Of a stretch of DNA of 64,000 nt, positions 44,074 to 53,767 are shown piece after piece. The DNA lies in assembly GCA_029838215.1 (NCBI GenBank), contig JALGVI010000003.1, positions 32,001 through 96,000 on the forward strand, written 5' to 3'. The notes beneath the pieces were generated by a model. That model had not been told where the DNA came from, searched no databases, and was given only the letters and a program-made list of their open reading frames with translations. The stretch comes from Candidatus Helarchaeota archaeon (lineage in GTDB: Archaea; Asgardarchaeota; Lokiarchaeia; Helarchaeales; RDOG01). The stretch's first letter is position 1, and every line of letters starts with the position of its first letter. Made by a program: the position numbers and the translations under genes.

Positions 44074-45705
44074 TCAATTCTTAAATATTCTTTCAATTTT
44101 AATTTTTAAATGTTCGTGATTATCAAGAACAGTTCCGCTGGATTCGTAGTTCTTAACAACCTGTTGGAATAACTGCAATTTTATGTTATATTTGATAATA
44201 TCTGGATCTTGAAAATCTTTTGGATCGTACAAGATTATATGGGAAAATTGATTTCGATAAGAATTCATGAAATTCTCAATGACCTGCAGGCTTCTAGAAG
44301 GTATTTGATTGCATAAATCCAGAGGATATTCATTTTGGATTAATGGGTATGTACCTTGTAAATCCTCTAAAATGATCCCAAAAAGAGGTGAAACATGAGC
44401 GACTTGCACCAAATGTCTTTCTTTTTCTATTATTTCTTCAAGTATTTTATTAACATATCTTTTAAATTTTAAATTCAAATCATTTAATGGGTATTCTGGG
44501 ACTAATAGTAATACTGACCGTGCATTTAGCGATAGATTTTGCATTTTCATTTGGTGTCGGCGAATCTCAGGTCGATCTAGAGATCCCGTGTCAGCGTAAA
44601 AAAAAGCCGTGCTTTTTGACGCAAGCTCATAGGGCTCAAGCCGTTCGCCATACTTTTTCAAAATGTACCTGAATGCTTCTAATAATGCAGGGTGAGCACT
44701 CACCCTAGTCTGAACCAATTCCCAGATTCTACCTGTTCGAATTGCCTGTCTGATACTTTTTAATTCTTGAAAAGTCACGTATAAGTTGTGTTCTGCTATC
44801 AAGCATTGGCGCTCTTTTAAAGTCATCTTCAACAGTTCTTTTGGCTTATATTTTAGGCAAATGGGGCAGCTACAAGGGAACTCGTGGATTTTTTCCAGTC
44901 GTAAAGTTCCCATGTTTGTCAGGTATCGGTCGTTTTTTGCAAATAATGCATACGCAGAAGAGTCAAATATGTCTGCTCCACAGGCAATGGCTAGAGAGAA
45001 AAACATGGGATGACCAATTGAGAAAGCATGAAGCGGTCGTGATTGAATCATGCTAAGGCGTGCCACGATTATTTGTTCTGCGACCTGCTTGTAATTGTAC
45101 GACATCAATGATGGTGCTAAAGTACCCAGCGGATGGTAATCAAATTCGAGTTCTGACATGAGTCTTGCAGATTTTTCTACCAAGTCAAGAAATTGTCCTC
45201 CTTGAATCGGTCCTGCCCATAAAATGCCCGAATCTTTTTGTCTCAAGTTTAATGCTTCGATACCGCGCCCATGTGTCGTCTCCACGCCCTTTTCTGCTTC
45301 TTCATGCGAATCGGTATCGGTAAAAATGTCCAGAATTGTCCCAATATCGGGTTTTAAGAGATCTTGGAATTCAACTATCTCTTGATTGGAAACTTCCAAT
45401 TCTTCTCGATACATCCAACTTTGATATGCACCGGAATCAGTCATTATGATACCATCATAGGAAATAAGGGAATGTACTCCCTTGGTTGCCTGTTCTCTCA
45501 GCTCTGGAGTATTGTAAATGATGTATGCATTAGTAATCAACCCATTCATCCCAATCTTTTTCATCTCATTCGGAGTAATTAGAGGAATATTTGGGTTATA
45601 AACTGGCAATAGATTGGGCGTTTCGATAATGCCGTGTGCTGTTTTTAACTTCCCTATTCGTGCAAGTCCATCTTTTTCGATAATCTCGAACATGTTAAAC
45701 TCCAA
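44074..45705 (-). CDS. tgtA: Archaeosine tRNA-guanine(15) transglycosylase
   Basis: ARIGKL...ETP, MTDSGAYQ, GPIQGG, CGADIFDS, CSCPIC and HNL motifs. Confidence 0.93.
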   Translation of the reverse strand: MEFNMFEIIEKDGLARIGKLKTAHGIIETPNLLPVYNPNIPLITPNEMKKIGMNGLITNAYIIYNTPELREQATKGVHSLISYDGIIMTDSGAYQSWMYREELEVSNQEIVEFQDLLKPDIGTILDIFTDTDSHEEAEKGVETTHGRGIEALNLRQKDSGILWAGPIQGGQFLDLVEKSARLMSELEFDYHPLGTLAPSLMSYNYKQVAEQIIVARLSMIQSRPLHAFSIGHPMFFSLAIACGADIFDSSAYALFAKNDRYLTNMGTLRLEKIHEFPCSCPICLKYKPKELLKMTLKERQCLIAEHNLYVTFQELKSIRQAIRTGRIWELVQTRVSAHPALLEAFRYILKKYGERLEPYELASKSTAFFYADTGSLDRPEIRRHQMKMQNLSLNARSVLLLVPEYPLNDLNLKFKRYVNKILEEIIEKERHLVQVAHVSPLFGIILEDLQGTYPLIQNEYPLDLCNQIPSRSLQVIENFMNSYRNQFSHIILYDPKDFQDPDIIKYNIKLQLFQQVVKNYESSGTVLDNHEHLKIKIERIFKN

Positions 45706-45708
45706 GTC

Positions 45709-46899
45709 TCATTCTATGAATTCAAGGCGAGATAGATCATCGGGCAGTGCTCGACCGACTTTTCCACAGTGAAATATCTTTCCATCTTTTTCATATGCCA
45801 CTATGTCTGCAGTAAAATCAAAGACACCCTTGAATAACGCACTACCAATTCCAATTGAATCGAAAGGCACGTCTGCCTCTATGAATCTTTCTATTTTTTT
45901 TGCAGTGAAACCGCCTGAAACCACGATCTTGACCTTATCTCTCGTGAATCCCTGTTCATCTAACACCTCCCGAACATTATTGACGAGCACGGGATTCACC
46001 CCTGTTAGCTTTTCGTGGCTCCATTGCTTCTTATTGATGATGGAATAATCTACTAAAGTTCCCGAAGTATCTAATCTAACTCCCCACAAAGATAATCCTT
46101 CTTTTTCGAATGCAAGGGCAACCTTAAGAGCCGTTTCGGCACAATTATTTTCAAAATCGACCAGGGATATGCAATTCACTTCGGGATGGGTTCTTGCGAA
46201 CCATAATGTTGCCTCGACTGTTGCATCATCCCAGCACCCTTCTATTTCTCCCGGTTTAAAAAAAGCAATGAGTGCATGAGGAATTGTTCCAAGTGGTTTT
46301 CCACCCCACCACTCCTGCTGAGCGGGTGTACTTCCTCCTAATGCTCCCACGAGATTTCCCGCAAGACCGTCAAGATATTGCGTGCTGTAGAGGTCAAACC
46401 TTGCAGGGAAAAACAATACAGGGATGTTTTTTTTGGAGGCTGCTTCAATGACGGTCCTAGTATTCGTGGCAACCTTGGTACCTCTAGCAATAATCCCTAA
46501 ATAAACTGTCTCGAGCTCGATAAAATTCGAAAGGCTCCCTTTTATCGTCAGGACCGTTTCGCCAGGCGAAATAATGTCTCCATCATAAAGTGCTTTTATT
46601 TCAACAGGTCCTCTTGCACATGCTTGAATTATCCTGATTGCATAATCAATTCCACATAACACTGCTTCTCCGCTTTCGTGTCGAGAAAATACGTTCATTA
46701 TCAAGGTAGGATCGTAATCGGGGGTTTTCTTTTGAAATTTTTCGATGACCTGGCGAGATCTTGTGAAATAGACATCTGTAAAGAAACCATTTCTCAATAA
46801 TGCCAGTTCTTCCTTACGAATATTAAATACACGAGCAGGCAATCTACCACTTGGACTTCGATTCTTGTTTAACGTCTTGCTTGCCAAAATTACCACCAA
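45709..46899 (-). CDS. pncB: Nicotinate phosphoribosyltransferase
   Basis: FTDVYF, GTIPHAL, GVRLDTS, IVVSGGF, SIGIGS and FTADIV motifs. Confidence 0.85.
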   Translation of the reverse strand: MVVILASKTLNKNRSPSGRLPARVFNIRKEELALLRNGFFTDVYFTRSRQVIEKFQKKTPDYDPTLIMNVFSRHESGEAVLCGIDYAIRIIQACARGPVEIKALYDGDIISPGETVLTIKGSLSNFIELETVYLGIIARGTKVATNTRTVIEAASKKNIPVLFFPARFDLYSTQYLDGLAGNLVGALGGSTPAQQEWWGGKPLGTIPHALIAFFKPGEIEGCWDDATVEATLWFARTHPEVNCISLVDFENNCAETALKVALAFEKEGLSLWGVRLDTSGTLVDYSIINKKQWSHEKLTGVNPVLVNNVREVLDEQGFTRDKVKIVVSGGFTAKKIERFIEADVPFDSIGIGSALFKGVFDFTADIVAYEKDGKIFHCGKVGRALPDDLSRLEFIE

Positions 46900-47058
46900 G
46901 AATTCTCATGTAATGCAAGAAAAAATTGGATTTCATCCATTTAAAATATAAGAACTCGTTTTTTTTTATAAATATGAGTAGTCAAGACTAACGATTTCAC
47001 GTTAATCGATCATCTTTTTGGATAAAATCAATTCATTATAAATGAAAATTCTAGGATT

Positions 47059-47667
47059 TTGATAAGCATGAAAAGAATAAGAATGCAAGAACTAATGAAG
47101 ACGTTAATTGACCTTGCTGTAACTAAAGGAGCACACTCAGACTTAACAAAACCTATTAAAATGGATCAAATTGTAGTTCCAAACCAGTGGGTGAGATGGA
47201 AATGCCAATTCGCTTGTGACATGTACGGGAAAAGGCTCTGTTGCCCCCCATACACAACAACGATTGAAGAAACACGTCAGCTTCTACAAGACTATGAGGA
47301 CGGGCTTCTAATTGGTTTTATCGGTAATTTGGCTCGTGAAAGTTATAATAAACATCAAAAGAAAATGCATGAAACTCTTCTTAGACTCGAGCAAGAGGCT
47401 TTCAAGGCCAATTACGTGAAGGCATTTGTTCTTTCGACAGGCATTTGCTTGGTCTGCAAGGATTGTGTTTTAAAAGATTTGCCAGCTGAAACACCACCAA
47501 GAGTTGCAAAAGCGTTTTGCCGCCATAAAAACAAGATGCGCCCATCCATGGAAGCAGTAGGTATTGATGTCTTTGGTACGGTTCACAATCTTGGCATCGA
47601 TCTCGATGTAATCTCCGAAAACAATACTGAAAATGTCCGAAATTTTGGTCTTTTACTAATAGAATGA
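47059..47667 (+). CDS. DUF2284 Cys-rich metal-binding protein
   Basis: RWKCQFAC..YG...CCPP, GICLVCKDC and RPSMEAVGIDV motifs. Confidence 0.88.
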   Translation: MISMKRIRMQELMKTLIDLAVTKGAHSDLTKPIKMDQIVVPNQWVRWKCQFACDMYGKRLCCPPYTTTIEETRQLLQDYEDGLLIGFIGNLARESYNKHQKKMHETLLRLEQEAFKANYVKAFVLSTGICLVCKDCVLKDLPAETPPRVAKAFCRHKNKMRPSMEAVGIDVFGTVHNLGIDLDVISENNTENVRNFGLLLIE

Positions 47668-47791
47668 TCCGTTGATGATGCAGTAACAAAAAAACGGGTG
47701 ACTAAACGTGATCCACGTTTCTATTTAGATGCCTAATCGAACACATGATTTAAACATCTTGATTTCCATCATTAAAAGCAGGTGAACATTT

Positions 47792-48352
47792 TTGGAACAA
47801 CTTGAAAAACTCGGAGAATGGCCATCTGTAAAATTGATTAAAGCATTGGTCTTGCTTTCACTCGCCCTTATTTTTATCATTTATCCAATAATGGGTCTAT
47901 TTTTCACATTATCAGGATTTAGCACTAGCAATATCATTTCAAGTCAATTGTCTTTCAGTGGTTCCATATTAAAGGCAATGTACATCCCTGTTGTCTTGAG
48001 CGGTGGTCTTTTTTTCTATCAACTCTCTCAAACTATCGATTACATCTTCATGTTTTCTTATGGCTTGCTCATCTTTAATTTGGCATTAGTAATTTCGCGT
48101 GCTTTTGAAGAATCTTCTTTCTGGAGAAAATCCGGATATGTCATTGCTCTATTCGGAATTATTGCTCCAAGTCTTGATGCAATCGAAAATGCCTTTATCC
48201 TTTTGACATTAACGAACCCTCTTGGTTTTCCCGATTGGTGGGCTGTTGCACATTCATGCTTTGCACTACCTAAATGGCTATTTATAATGGTTGCATTACT
48301 GTGGGCGATCATAGCGGCAATTATTCTACTGGTCAAAAAGATTCGCTCTTAA
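47792..48352 (+). CDS. Hypothetical membrane protein (about 4 TM)
   Basis: Hydrophobic segments with IDYIFMFSYG and LDAIENA motifs. Confidence 0.7.
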   Translation: MEQLEKLGEWPSVKLIKALVLLSLALIFIIYPIMGLFFTLSGFSTSNIISSQLSFSGSILKAMYIPVVLSGGLFFYQLSQTIDYIFMFSYGLLIFNLALVISRAFEESSFWRKSGYVIALFGIIAPSLDAIENAFILLTLTNPLGFPDWWAVAHSCFALPKWLFIMVALLWAIIAAIILLVKKIRS

Positions 48353-48472
48353 AATCTTCTTTCTTTTTGCTCAAAACTCATCCGCATGAATTTTTGACGT
48401 GTTTAAAAAAACTACAATAGATAAGAAAAGAGAAAAAATAGGTTAGTATTCTAACTTGTAGAGGACTTTAAC

Positions 48473-50230
48473 TCATTGCTGTAGAATTTCTGTCGCCATT
48501 TTCTGTATTTCATTATTATCGTGCTTGGTGAGCTCTGTAAGTTGAGGCTTTAACGTTTTTACTATATCGGGCTTGTTTTTCGCTAAGGATTTAATGGTTT
48601 TTAATGAAGATTTCACGACTTTATTCTTTTTATCTATTAACCCATTCTTGAAATGGATGGAAAATTGCTCGAGGTTCTTGTTTTTAATGATTTTGCCTAG
48701 AAACTTCTGTGTTTCGGCACGTACTCCTGTCTTTTCGTGGCTGAGCATCTGCTGTAATGCTGTTTCAAATTCTTCATCCTTGAATAATTCCACCGGTAAA
48801 TCGTCAATACCTGAGTTTAACAAGGAGATGATGTCCTTGGTTTCAAGCGACAACGGAGTGAAAGCATCGACACCATTTAATTGCGCCAATAACAGGTTGA
48901 ATATGAGTTCGTTCTCGTTAAAATTGACTGTCGACAAGGGCTCTATTTCCAGTGCTTGGAGGAAAACATCATAAAACCTATTTAAATTCCCGCATTCATC
49001 AATTGTTCGAATATCGTTGTATTTTTCTTTTAAATCATCAAGAAGTTCACATGCACAGGGACCTAATAATAAGATTGGCTCAACCAGATTTTCTAATTGT
49101 TCTTCTTCAAATCCTTTTCCGAAAATGGCTGTCAAGCCATTTCGTTTTGCCAGGTCGCCAGAATCCTGCCAAATCAATTCTAAAGAAACCAGGGATAGAC
49201 CCACGCAACCGCATCGACAATGAGCCAGGACGTTTTTTCCATATTTATTGATGCCAATTAACTCAACATAATTCGGAGGCAAGCACTTTTCTGGAAGAGA
49301 ACGAGATCTAAAGTCATAAGGAACGGATTGAATCAATCCATCAACATCTCCTTCGTAAATGATTTCAATTTGTGCTTCATCACCGATGCCCAATCCACGT
49401 TCGTGGGCTATTCGAGTTGTTCCGACTTCTAAACTCTCATATCCCATTAGTTTTGCACTGATGGCATCAACGGCGACAGTGTCCGAACCCCCAAATACAA
49501 TGTTATAATCATAAATGTATGGATCGTCCGGATCTCGCAAGTATTTCTCACTTGCACAGGGACCGCGTGCCATGGCATGTTTAGCATCCACGATGCAGAA
49601 ATCAGGTCGAACCTTCTCGAATATATCGACCAATCGTTCTTCGTGATACCAATCATGCCTGATGGCCTTGGAAGAGTCAAACAAATATCCTAACGAAAGT
49701 TTTATTCCAATCGTTATCTTCGTTGCCCAATGCGCTTTAAATTTTGGAACGTGAATCAAAATATTCTTTTTTCTCTTATCTTTATTGATTATTTCATCAA
49801 CCACGATTTCTGCAAAATCCACTTCATATTGCTCTTTACCGATTTTTACTTTTTTGAACGGCTGTTCATCCATGAAAACGCAATTACAACCACGTTCTTT
49901 AATGACTTTAGTAAGTCCTGTAAAATACATCGTGATCCTCGTGATCAAGCCAGAAGTGCAATTTTCGATGACATGGATTCTATCAGGTTCGAGACCTGCT
50001 TCGATGTATAAATCAAGTAATGCTGCTAAGAATTCCGGTTCCGTATAGCAATATGGCGTGAGGTGAACTGCATTGATTTTTATGAAAAGTTTTCCATCAT
50101 TATCTGTCGGAAAAAAGTTTTTAATCCCACCAAATGCTTCGAATACACCAGAAATTGCTTCCTTGTAGTTTTTATCCAACTTCTTGATGGCGACCTTACT
50201 CATTATAATTTCCTCGACCCAAATATCCAT
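48473..50230 (-). CDS. DUF362-domain protein with a Cys-rich middle and C-terminal HEAT repeats
   Basis: FIKINAV, VPKFKAH..TKITIGIK and DTVAVDA motifs; HCRCGC and PCAC; tail with LSHEKTGVRAE and DKKNKVVKSS HEAT-like units. Confidence 0.75.
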   Translation of the reverse strand: MDIWVEEIIMSKVAIKKLDKNYKEAISGVFEAFGGIKNFFPTDNDGKLFIKINAVHLTPYCYTEPEFLAALLDLYIEAGLEPDRIHVIENCTSGLITRITMYFTGLTKVIKERGCNCVFMDEQPFKKVKIGKEQYEVDFAEIVVDEIINKDKRKKNILIHVPKFKAHWATKITIGIKLSLGYLFDSSKAIRHDWYHEERLVDIFEKVRPDFCIVDAKHAMARGPCASEKYLRDPDDPYIYDYNIVFGGSDTVAVDAISAKLMGYESLEVGTTRIAHERGLGIGDEAQIEIIYEGDVDGLIQSVPYDFRSRSLPEKCLPPNYVELIGINKYGKNVLAHCRCGCVGLSLVSLELIWQDSGDLAKRNGLTAIFGKGFEEEQLENLVEPILLLGPCACELLDDLKEKYNDIRTIDECGNLNRFYDVFLQALEIEPLSTVNFNENELIFNLLLAQLNGVDAFTPLSLETKDIISLLNSGIDDLPVELFKDEEFETALQQMLSHEKTGVRAETQKFLGKIIKNKNLEQFSIHFKNGLIDKKNKVVKSSLKTIKSLAKNKPDIVKTLKPQLTELTKHDNNEIQKMATEILQQ

Positions 50231-50311
50231 TAAATTTATTCCTGAGTGATAATCGTTCGAATGAAGGCATTTGAAAACGAAATCTAATCTATCAGGATTA
50301 CCATATTAGTA

Positions 50312-50881
50312 TTGGAAACATCGTATTTATTGATGATTGCAATGTCGAAACGGCGACAGGAAACAAGAATTAGCAAGTTCATGAGCTATCTGCTTCGTCA
50401 CGATCCGCAGCATCTGAAGATGGATCAGGAAGGATTCGTGGACACGGATGAGTTCCTGAAGTTATTACAAGCGCGTTTTAACTGGTTCACGAAATCGGAT
50501 TTAATTTCATTAGTTAATGAAAACGAGCGATATGAAATCTCGGATAATCGAATTAGGGCCGTTTATGGTCATTCAATTGATGTTTCTCCTAAACTCGAGA
50601 CAGTACAAGTTAATATCTTGTTTCACGGAACATCTCAAGAGTCCGCGGAAAGAATTCTCAGGGATGGACTGAAGTCAATGAACCGAAATAAAGTCCATCT
50701 TTCGAGAACCGTCAGCCGTGCGAAAGTCGTTGGACGACGGAAGGCGCGCCATCCCGTCATTCTAATAATTGATGCCAAATCAGCTTCTGATGATGGTATT
50801 GTATTTGAAAAAGCAACGGATGACGTTCTAGTTTGTAACGAAATTCCTCCAAAATACATCCGAGTTTTGGACGATGAATGA
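50312..50881 (+). CDS. kptA: RNA 2'-phosphotransferase (Tpt1/KptA)
   Basis: SYLLRH, IRAVYGHS, FHGT, MNRNKVHLS and V.C..IP.KYI motifs. Confidence 0.93.
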   Translation: METSYLLMIAMSKRRQETRISKFMSYLLRHDPQHLKMDQEGFVDTDEFLKLLQARFNWFTKSDLISLVNENERYEISDNRIRAVYGHSIDVSPKLETVQVNILFHGTSQESAERILRDGLKSMNRNKVHLSRTVSRAKVVGRRKARHPVILIIDAKSASDDGIVFEKATDDVLVCNEIPPKYIRVLDDE

Positions 50882-50888
50882 TGAACGG

Positions 50889-53273
50889 CTAGAGTTGGTG
50901 TTCTAGCCGTTTTATGATATCACGTTGAATGGAAGACCCGAGATCAACGAAAAGAGCATTATATCCTCCCACTTTCACGATGAGATCTGGATAGTTCTCA
51001 GGGTGTTTTTGTGCATCTTTCAGCGTGTCGGTTGAAACAACATTGGGTTGAACTTGCATTCCTCCCAATTCGAAATAAGTCTTTAATAGGGCATGGAATT
51101 TCTCGACTTTTTCATTAGATTGAACGGATAACGGATGAAAACGAACGTTTAATGCGATTCCATTTATTGCGAGATCGTAGTCGAGTTTTGCTACGGACTT
51201 CAGGATGGCGGTAACGCCTTTTTTGCCGACTCTGTTTACTGGCGACAAGCTATTTGAAATTGGTTCTGCTCTTTTTCTTCCATCAGGTGTTGCATTCAAG
51301 AGAAGTCCCATTAACACGTGAATCCCCATTGAATATGCCCCTGGATTAAATCGCCCGCCTCGGAAAGTCTCATGCTTTACAACTTCCGTGCAGAATAACC
51401 CCCAAATCTGTCTTGCAAATTCATCTATCTCTTCTTGGTCGTTTCCCCACTTTTCATACTTGTTAATCAATTGTTGTCGCAGCTCTCGACGTCCTTTAAA
51501 ATTGGAATTCAAGACCTCAACGAGCTCCGAAATCGTGATTAATTGATCGTCATAAACGAATTTCTTGATGTTATAAAGGGAATCCACCAACGTGGCGAAA
51601 CCATATGCAGTAATTGAAGAAAAGTTGTATTTTGCTCCACCTCGCGTGATATCTTTTCCTTGTTCCATGCAATTATCTATTGTCGCCGAGATAAAAGGTT
51701 GTTCGTAATGTATACTTGCTTCCTCGTCCCAAATGTTTGCTATCTTCACTGATTGCTCGATATTGAATCTCAATTGTTGTTTAAATGCATCGAGGAAATC
51801 ATCAAATGTCCGAAATGTAGCAGGATCTCCCGTTTGGAGTCCGTTGAGCCTATTCGAGAATTGACTATATCCATTATTCAGCACTAATTCCAGAACACCC
51901 GGTAGGTTGATAAACATGGCTCCCGTACAGGCAATTGTATTTGCTTGAGATGTGGGTTCAACACAGCCAATAATCACGTAATTGCGAGCATCTTCGAGTG
52001 AGTACCCGCTTTTCTGCAATGCTCGGATGATAACGTCGTCATTATAAAATGCGATTCCTGAGGTTTCTTGAAAAACCCTTATTGCTTCAAAGAAAAATTC
52101 TCTGGGAGTATTTGGATGAATCCGCACCGATAAATCGCTGGTGGCAACTCTTAGTTTTCTTTGTGCTTCCAAGAAAAGATATGATAATTCATTTGTACCA
52201 TCCGTCCCATCTTTTTTTAGTCCCCCAATTGTAATGGTCTGCGTGTTTAATCCCAAGGCATTAGAAGCCATTGAATACTCGTCTTGTAGCATCGTAGAAT
52301 TCCAAGTTAATTTAAGATTTAATTCTTCAATGAGTTCCAGCGCAAATTCCTGCGTGAGCTTATTTTCCTGCCTGTCTTTTTCGTAATAGTGCCATAGGAT
52401 TTGATCCAAACGCCCTAATGCCAAGACGCTGCGGTAACAAATGATGTTTACTATGTTCTGCGTGAACCATATTGATTGAATTGCTTCATGAAAAGTGCCT
52501 GCAGGATTTTCAGGAACACGATTCAGGGTTTCCGCAATTAATTTTAATCGATTTTTCTCAGCTGGATCGGCAGCATTTGTAGCCAATTCATCAGCAAGTT
52601 GGGCATGGCGCCTTGCAAATCGGATTCCTGCCTCGTAATATATCTTCACGGCTTCATAAAAATTGAATTTCTTTTCGAATTCAGGATCGTTTCGATCGAG
52701 TTTATCTTGACAGGTAGTCGCTTCCTGAATTATCCCCTTGTAACCTAAATTCAAGACTTTTTCATATCCAAAGCAAATATGTCCTTCATTTGTGCCTGTC
52801 ATGATGGCGACATTGGGCGTGTATGCTTCTCGCCGCGACGGGTTCTCGATAAGGTTTTCACGTGCCATTCTTCCAAATATCCGCGTGTCATACAGCGATT
52901 TATCTCTCCAATAAGGAAGATATTGCTGTAATTCCTCAAATTCAGCCTGATCAATTTGAAACGGCTGGACTTTTCTCGAACGAATATGGTCGACGTGTTT
53001 CTGTTTTGTGAAATCTCGAAATGAATAAAGGTCTAGAGCAATTTTTTCACCTAAATTCTTACTCGTTTCCGCTCCGACCAGTATTTCATCATCTCTTATA
53101 AAAATCGTTTGTTTTTCAAGAGTATTTTGGAGTGCTCTGGCCCTCTTGATGATGATTGGTTCTTGCTCATGCTGTTTGTATGCTTCTGTATAGAACTTAG
53201 CCCGCTCGATGCAGACTTCATAAGGACTCGTCAGAAGCTGTTCTTTAAGTCTTGCAATTCTCGGTTCAAGCAT
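50889..53273 (-). CDS. Glycyl radical enzyme, PFL2/eliminase-like, substrate unknown
   Basis: IIGCVEP active-site loop, KWGND, ATPDGR and C-terminal LIVKVGGYNALF glycyl loop. Start at MLEPR (53273) is preferred over 53312. Confidence 0.93.
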   Translation of the reverse strand: MLEPRIARLKEQLLTSPYEVCIERAKFYTEAYKQHEQEPIIIKRARALQNTLEKQTIFIRDDEILVGAETSKNLGEKIALDLYSFRDFTKQKHVDHIRSRKVQPFQIDQAEFEELQQYLPYWRDKSLYDTRIFGRMARENLIENPSRREAYTPNVAIMTGTNEGHICFGYEKVLNLGYKGIIQEATTCQDKLDRNDPEFEKKFNFYEAVKIYYEAGIRFARRHAQLADELATNAADPAEKNRLKLIAETLNRVPENPAGTFHEAIQSIWFTQNIVNIICYRSVLALGRLDQILWHYYEKDRQENKLTQEFALELIEELNLKLTWNSTMLQDEYSMASNALGLNTQTITIGGLKKDGTDGTNELSYLFLEAQRKLRVATSDLSVRIHPNTPREFFFEAIRVFQETSGIAFYNDDVIIRALQKSGYSLEDARNYVIIGCVEPTSQANTIACTGAMFINLPGVLELVLNNGYSQFSNRLNGLQTGDPATFRTFDDFLDAFKQQLRFNIEQSVKIANIWDEEASIHYEQPFISATIDNCMEQGKDITRGGAKYNFSSITAYGFATLVDSLYNIKKFVYDDQLITISELVEVLNSNFKGRRELRQQLINKYEKWGNDQEEIDEFARQIWGLFCTEVVKHETFRGGRFNPGAYSMGIHVLMGLLLNATPDGRKRAEPISNSLSPVNRVGKKGVTAILKSVAKLDYDLAINGIALNVRFHPLSVQSNEKVEKFHALLKTYFELGGMQVQPNVVSTDTLKDAQKHPENYPDLIVKVGGYNALFVDLGSSIQRDIIKRLEHQL

Positions 53274-53366
53274 AATTTCAGTCCAACCTATAAATGAAAT
53301 GATACGTGACAAATGATTCTTTATCGTGCAAAAAGTTTTCAGATGAATTGATTGAATTTCCTCTAT

Positions 53367-53495
53367 TTCAACAATTTGTTGAATTTTTTGTTAAATTTGT
53401 AAATAAAAGCTTAATTGGTGTTGTTTTTTCTGTTGAAAATAACAAATTTGATAGGAATTGCTCCTTGGTTACAAGAACTCAAACTTGGTAACAAG
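53367..53495. promoter_or_regulatory. Cluster of operator-like palindromes in the divergent GRE / small-ORF promoter
   Basis: TTCAACAA-T-TTGTTGAA (53367-53383); CTTG-GTTA-CAAG (53464-53475) and CTTG-GTAA-CAAG (53484-53495), repeated at 20-bp spacing. Confidence 0.5.
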
Positions 53496-53590
53496 AGTTT
53501 TTTCCTTTCTATTTAAGTCGTGCTAAAGATATTTAAGTAGGCACGGAATTATAATATCTTACTAAAATTCGCGTAAAGAAGTGGTCTAGA

Positions 53591-53767
53591 ATGAGTGAAG
53601 AAGAGAATCCCCCATCTCCCGAAGAATTAAAGGCAATGATGGAAAAAGCTGCCAAAGTTGCAGAAGAAAAACGCGCTGCACAGGAAGCAAAGGTTGGCTC
53701 TTTAGACTTATCTGATAAAGAAGCCCTAGAAAAGCATTTAGCAGATAAGGCAAGTAAACAAGGCTAA
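53591..53767 (+). CDS. Small 58-aa charged helical protein, not in the ORF track
   Basis: ATG to TAA: MSEEENPPSPEELKAMMEKAAKVAEEKRAAQEAKVGSLDLSDKEALEKHLADKASKQG. More GC- and purine-rich than the AT-rich flanks, with TATA-like elements upstream and a T-rich tract downstream. Confidence 0.7.
   Translation: MSEEENPPSPEELKAMMEKAAKVAEEKRAAQEAKVGSLDLSDKEALEKHLADKASKQG

Noticed and set aside
47704-47720. Short inverted repeats AAACGTG-ATC-CACGTTT (also 29281-29294, 47032-47046, 50256-50275)
   Set aside because: Arms of 6-8 bp, some imperfect, each occurring once. They cannot be distinguished from chance in AT-rich spacers.
53306-53491. 61-aa plus-strand ORF in the GRE promoter
   Set aside because: It overlaps the palindromic operator-like elements, is Phe/Asn-rich low-information sequence and has no SD. 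It is more likely promoter DNA.
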